NCBI GenBank assembly: GCA_963741095.1
Contig: CAVUGN010000005.1
Location: forward strand, 142,711-206,710
Direction of reading: 5' to 3'
Origin: an uncultured Candidatus Micrarchaeota archaeon
GTDB taxonomy: Archaea > Micrarchaeota > Micrarchaeia > Micrarchaeales > Micrarchaeaceae
Length of the DNA: 64,000 nucleotides
Shown: piece after piece, positions 60,133 to 64,000 of the stretch
How positions within the stretch are numbered: position 1 is the first letter of the stretch
How the letters are laid out: each line of letters opens with the position of its first letter
Translations under genes and position numbers: made by a program
Notes under the pieces: generated by a model
What the model was told of the DNA's origin: nothing
Database searches by the model: none
The model's input: only the letters and a program-made list of their open reading frames with translations

Positions 60133-61500
60133 ATGGGAGAGGTGCCGAAGGAGGTCCGGGAAACGTTCACCGGGCTCAAGAGATCATACACGTTCTTCGT
60201 AGCGCTGCATGTCCAGAACAACAAGTTCTATGTCTACAAGCAATCGACCGTCTGGGACAAGGAGAGTAGGAAGGTGAGGAGCACCTCCGAATATCTGGGC
60301 AGGATAATGCCCGACGGCAAATTCGTCGAGAAGGTGTCGGGCAATGCCGTGCAGCGCACCGCCGGGGCAGTGGTGGAGTCGAAGGAGCGGGTCGATGCGT
60401 CTGACGTTGAGCTGAGCGAGATAGACACTAAGCTGTTGACCGCGCTGAGCATGAACGCCAGGCCTTCGCTGAAGTTCCTCAGCGGCTTCATAGGCCTCAA
60501 GAGCACCGCGACGCAGAGGAGGGTCAAGCTGCTCGAGCAGAGATTCGATATAGGGTACATCGCCGAGATAGACGTCGAAAAGCTCGGCTACTCCAAGTTC
60601 ATAGTAACCGCCAATTTCAAGGACCGCATACCGCTCATCGAGGAGATAAGGAATGCCTGCGAATCCATACCCAACGTGCAGCTTGCGGCGCTGACCAAGG
60701 GGGTCTACGACGTGGTGATATACGCCTACGCGGACAGCAACCTGACCATGGTTGAGATCATGGTCGAGATACGCAGCAAGCTCGCAAAATACCCTTCGGA
60801 ATGGAACGTCTCCTATTTCTACGAGAGCAGCAACTTCGTGCCGTTGAGGTCGGAGTTCGTCGATCTGCTGAAGGGCAAGCTGCTCAAGAGGGAGTACGCC
60901 GTGCTCAAGGAATTGAACAGGAACGGCACCGAAAGCTTCGTTGAGATAGACCGGAAGTACGGCTTCGACGAGGGCAGGTCCCAGTTCACCTACCACAAGC
61001 TGAAGGAGAAGGGCATAATCAAGAGGATAACGCTCTCGATGGGCAAGCCGCCCCTGATGTACATAGGGATAATGAAGCTCAGCATAATAGAGGTCGACAA
61101 GTTCAAGAAGAACAGGCCGAAGCTGCTTATGCACGCCATAGCCGAGACGCGATCGCCGCTGACAAATTTCCTGCTGTCCGGGGACGTCGGCAATTCCGAC
61201 GGGGTGGTGTACATCGTGCCAGTGGTGCACGACGGTTATCTGGAGGAGCTCACCGAGGAGATAGCCAAGCTAAGGCTGGGGGTCAGGATAAGCACCCTGG
61301 TGGTCACGAAGATGCTGGTGGGCAACTTCTGCTACAGGAGATTCGATTATGCCTATTCGTCGCAGTACAGGACGCTGCTGGAGGGCCACGACATCAAGCC
61401 CGTCGAGAAGGTTGACTACGAGCAGACCGAAAGAAAGAGGAAACAGCACATAAAGTATAATAAGGAGCTAGGGATAAGAGACATGCCGAGATTGGAATAG
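60133..61500 (+). CDS. Lrp/AsnC-type regulator with duplicated HTH and extra N-terminal domain
   Basis: LSEIDTKLLTALSMNARPSL...RRVKLLE; second HTH (REYAVLKELNRNG...YHKLKEKGIIKR). Confidence 0.75.
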   Translation: MGEVPKEVRETFTGLKRSYTFFVALHVQNNKFYVYKQSTVWDKESRKVRSTSEYLGRIMPDGKFVEKVSGNAVQRTAGAVVESKERVDASDVELSEIDTKLLTALSMNARPSLKFLSGFIGLKSTATQRRVKLLEQRFDIGYIAEIDVEKLGYSKFIVTANFKDRIPLIEEIRNACESIPNVQLAALTKGVYDVVIYAYADSNLTMVEIMVEIRSKLAKYPSEWNVSYFYESSNFVPLRSEFVDLLKGKLLKREYAVLKELNRNGTESFVEIDRKYGFDEGRSQFTYHKLKEKGIIKRITLSMGKPPLMYIGIMKLSIIEVDKFKKNRPKLLMHAIAETRSPLTNFLLSGDVGNSDGVVYIVPVVHDGYLEELTEEIAKLRLGVRISTLVVTKMLVGNFCYRRFDYAYSSQYRTLLEGHDIKPVEKVDYEQTERKRKQHIKYNKELGIRDMPRLE

Positions 61501-61662
61501 CTACTAAAAGATTAGATTTTTTAAAATCCGTATTTTCAGCTCCAGCCTCCTTCACTCATTGTCTCACTGTCTAAACTTCTCTAGTAAGCTTTAAATATCT
61601 ATCGTGCCGCAAGCTGCGGCTGTGGTTGACAACAGACTAATTGTTCCGTACTTTAAGAGTAG

Positions 61663-61703
61663 GAGTTTAGGGCCCAGACCTTGCGATCCGGGCACCTAAA
61701 CTC
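61663..61703 (-). terminator. strong 3' hairpin with GCAA tetraloop (stability or termination element)
   Basis: GAGTTTAGG-T-GCCCGGATC-GCAA-GGTCTGGGC-CCTAAACTC, starting in the stop codon of 61702..62220. Confidence 0.55.
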
Positions 61704-62220
61704 ACTGTGGGGGTGAAACAATTAGTGTTTTGGCCGCCTTGCCAGCATCATACTTGTAGTAAACCTTGTGACCGAGCTGGTACCTTTCCAGCAATCCCTG
61801 CTTGTACATCCTGTTCAGCCGGGCCGATGCGGCATTCCTGCCCCTGTAGTTCATGTGCTTCTTTATGTCGTCGGCGCAGGACATGCCATTCCGCTGTATG
61901 TGCTCTATTATCTTCGCATCGAGCTCGGAGAGTGGCACCTCCCTTGCGGCTTCCTGGACGGGGTTCTCTTCCGCAGTATAGTCGGCATTCAGGTCGGACT
62001 CTATCCTTGCCAAGTTCTCCGATATTCCCTTAAGCACCATTGTGGTCTTCTTGTTCTCATCCATCACGAACTTCACGAGCGAGAGTAGGCTCGATCCGGT
62101 CTCCTCGACCTTGGCCTTCTCGTCCACGAGCTCCTTGACGTTGGTGTTGCTAGCGCTGAGGTTGCGGATCTGCTCCTTAATGCTCTGGAGCTCCTTTTCC
62201 AATCCCCTCTTCGATTGCAT
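61702..62220 (-). CDS. coiled-coil plus winged-helix protein
   Basis: N-terminal heptads; C-terminal LSELDAKIIEHI...ASARLNRMYKQGLLER. Confidence 0.75.
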   Translation of the reverse strand: MQSKRGLEKELQSIKEQIRNLSASNTNVKELVDEKAKVEETGSSLLSLVKFVMDENKKTTMVLKGISENLARIESDLNADYTAEENPVQEAAREVPLSELDAKIIEHIQRNGMSCADDIKKHMNYRGRNAASARLNRMYKQGLLERYQLGHKVYYKYDAGKAAKTLIVSPPQ

Positions 62221-62539
62221 GTTACCACCATTCAGTCACGACCCTTCCATGGAAGAATCATGAATGAATCACGCTTCTATTGTGAATGTAAAAGTATTTA
62301 AAGCTTCGCAGATTGAGGAACGGAACTGGGAATAGGGGAACTTTGTCCTTTTTGGCACGGTTTGATGGATGAATGAAGACGAAAAAGGAGGGTATTGTCG
62401 CCTTTCTGTCATGCACGCTTTGTATTTTTGTGTGCTTTGATGAGGACTATAGATATTTATACTTCAATATTTATACGCTCTGTGTTGTCACGGCCGCAAA
62501 GGGTTCTGGCGACGTCATAATCGAATAGGCCATGGTTGC

Positions 62540-63070
62540 ATGCAGTCTCTTTACATACCCAAAGAGAGGGTCGAACGCCTAAAGAAGGACAAGAGCATAG
62601 CGGAGCGCATAGAGAAGCAGTGCAAGTGCAAGATGAGGATCGTCGACGACATAATAGAGGTCAGCGGCGACGCCTTCGACGAATTCTCCGCGAAGAACGT
62701 CATACAGGCCTTCGGCAGGGGCTTCGACATCGAGACAGCATGCCTGCTGCTCAACGACGATCATTACTTCGCGACCATCGACCTCGGGCAGGTCTTCGGC
62801 AGCGACAAGCGCATACAGCAGATCAAGGCGAGGGTGATAGGCATAGGCGGCAAGACGAAGAAGTACATCGAGGGTGTGAGCCAGGTCAAGCTGAGCATAT
62901 ACGGCGAATCCGTGAGCTTCATAGGCACGACCTCGGCGATAAGCGAGGCACAGGCCGCGGTGAACACGCTCATCGAGGGAGGCACGCACAGACTGGCGTA
63001 CCTGAGGATGGAGACGGCGCACAGGAAGGATAGGGACGAGGCAAGAGCAGCAGCATTCAAGGCGATCTGA
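62540..63070 (+). CDS. KH-domain pre-rRNA processing protein (Dim2/Pno1-like)
   Basis: AFGRGFD, IKARVIGIGGKTKKYIE, LIEGGTH..AY. Confidence 0.9.
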   Translation: MQSLYIPKERVERLKKDKSIAERIEKQCKCKMRIVDDIIEVSGDAFDEFSAKNVIQAFGRGFDIETACLLLNDDHYFATIDLGQVFGSDKRIQQIKARVIGIGGKTKKYIEGVSQVKLSIYGESVSFIGTTSAISEAQAAVNTLIEGGTHRLAYLRMETAHRKDRDEARAAAFKAI

Positions 63071-64000
63071 TGGTAGAGACGAGAAACGCGGACGAGATAT
63101 TCAAGGAGTTTAAGGAGCATTCGATAGCCGAGTTCTTCAAGAAGAACAGGCAGATGCTTGGCTATTCGGGCAAGGTCAGGTCGCTCGTGACCGTTGTCCA
63201 TGAATATGTGACGAACAGCCTTGACGCTGCGGAAGAGGCGGGCATACTCCCGGAGATAGGCGTGACTGTTACCGAGGTCGGAGAGGAGAAGTACAGGATA
63301 GTCGAGTACGACAACGGACCGGGGATACCGAAGAACCACATAGGCAGGGCGCTTGCGACAATGCTCGCAGGCACGAAGTTCCACAGGTACATGCAGCAGC
63401 GCGGCCAGCAGGGCATAGGCGCGGCAGGCTGCACGCTCTTCGCGCAGATCACCACGGGCAAGCCCATATTCGCTAGATCATCGACGGGCACGGGCAAGGC
63501 CTATTCGTGCAGCATAGCAGTGGACACCGTGCACAACAAGCCGATAATCACGAACCTCACGGAGCTGCCAGAGGAGCCCCGGGGCCTCCGCGTCGAGGGG
63601 GAGTTCGCCGACGTCAAGTACGAGAACGGCGATCATGGCATTTATGAATATCTGAGAAGGACGGCGCTGTCGAACCCGCACGCGCGCATAAAGTTCACGG
63701 ACCCGACAGGCAAGGAGTTCGTCTTCGAGCGTGCGGTCGAGAAGCAGCCGGAGAGACCCGAACCGGTGAAGCCGCATCCGCTGGGAATACTGGTCAACGA
63801 CTTACTCGACTTCGCCAAGGCGAGCGACAGCAGGAAACTGTCGTCCTTTCTGGTCGACGCTTTCGCAAGGGTCACATCGAACAAGGTTGCGGAGCTTAGG
63901 GAAATCGCAAAAGGAGTTGACTTCGACAAGGATCCCAGGTCGCTGACATGGCCCGAGGCCGAGGAGCTCATAAAGGCGATAAAGGCGGTGAAATGGATTG
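63070..64000 (+). CDS. top6B: DNA topoisomerase VI subunit B (3'-truncated; absent from ORF track)
   Basis: ATG 63070: SIAEFFKKNRQMLG, HEYVTNSLDA, DNGPGI, RGQQGIG, NPHA. Confidence 0.95.
   Translation, partial: MVETRNADEIFKEFKEHSIAEFFKKNRQMLGYSGKVRSLVTVVHEYVTNSLDAAEEAGILPEIGVTVTEVGEEKYRIVEYDNGPGIPKNHIGRALATMLAGTKFHRYMQQRGQQGIGAAGCTLFAQITTGKPIFARSSTGTGKAYSCSIAVDTVHNKPIITNLTELPEEPRGLRVEGEFADVKYENGDHGIYEYLRRTALSNPHARIKFTDPTGKEFVFERAVEKQPERPEPVKPHPLGILVNDLLDFAKASDSRKLSSFLVDAFARVTSNKVAELREIAKGVDFDKDPRSLTWPEAEELIKAIKAVKWI

Noticed and set aside
60184-61230. Long antisense ORFs (also 18922..19788, 39698..40579, 41083..41880, 47040..47807)
   Set aside because: They are shadows of well-supported genes, caused by GC-rich third codon positions.
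60133-61500. Active IS element
   Set aside because: No catalytic DDE region, terminal inverted repeats or target duplication seen.
61663-61704. Selenocysteine or readthrough signal after UGA
   Set aside because: An in-frame TAG follows one codon later.

Overview
Archaeal chromosomal window. The gene content (A-type ATP synthase operon, L40e, archease, topo VI B, Dim2-like KH protein, QSAME-type pilin, C/D box sRNA) suggests a DPANN lineage, probably Micrarchaeota-like; that assignment is inference. The left third is an accessory surface island. It holds a GxGD intramembrane protease and two membrane-anchored surface proteins with a shared C-terminal module. One is a ~3,570-aa adhesin with two PA14 domains and 8 near-identical 315-bp repeats. 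Both genes are broken by small indels. Next come an AbiEii/AbiEi toxin-antitoxin pair flanked by twin palindromes, a pilin, three ankyrin proteins with a shared N-terminal leader, and a membrane-tethered wHTH regulator divergent from a MacB-type ABC operon. The rest is mostly housekeeping (pyk, peroxiredoxin, trpS, ATP synthase, lysS, 2 tRNAs). Notable extras are an exosortase-family protein, a Nudix-UDG fusion, bacterial-type panD and an Lrp/AsnC protein with a transposase-like N-terminus. All calls are by-eye motif recognition; no database searches were run.
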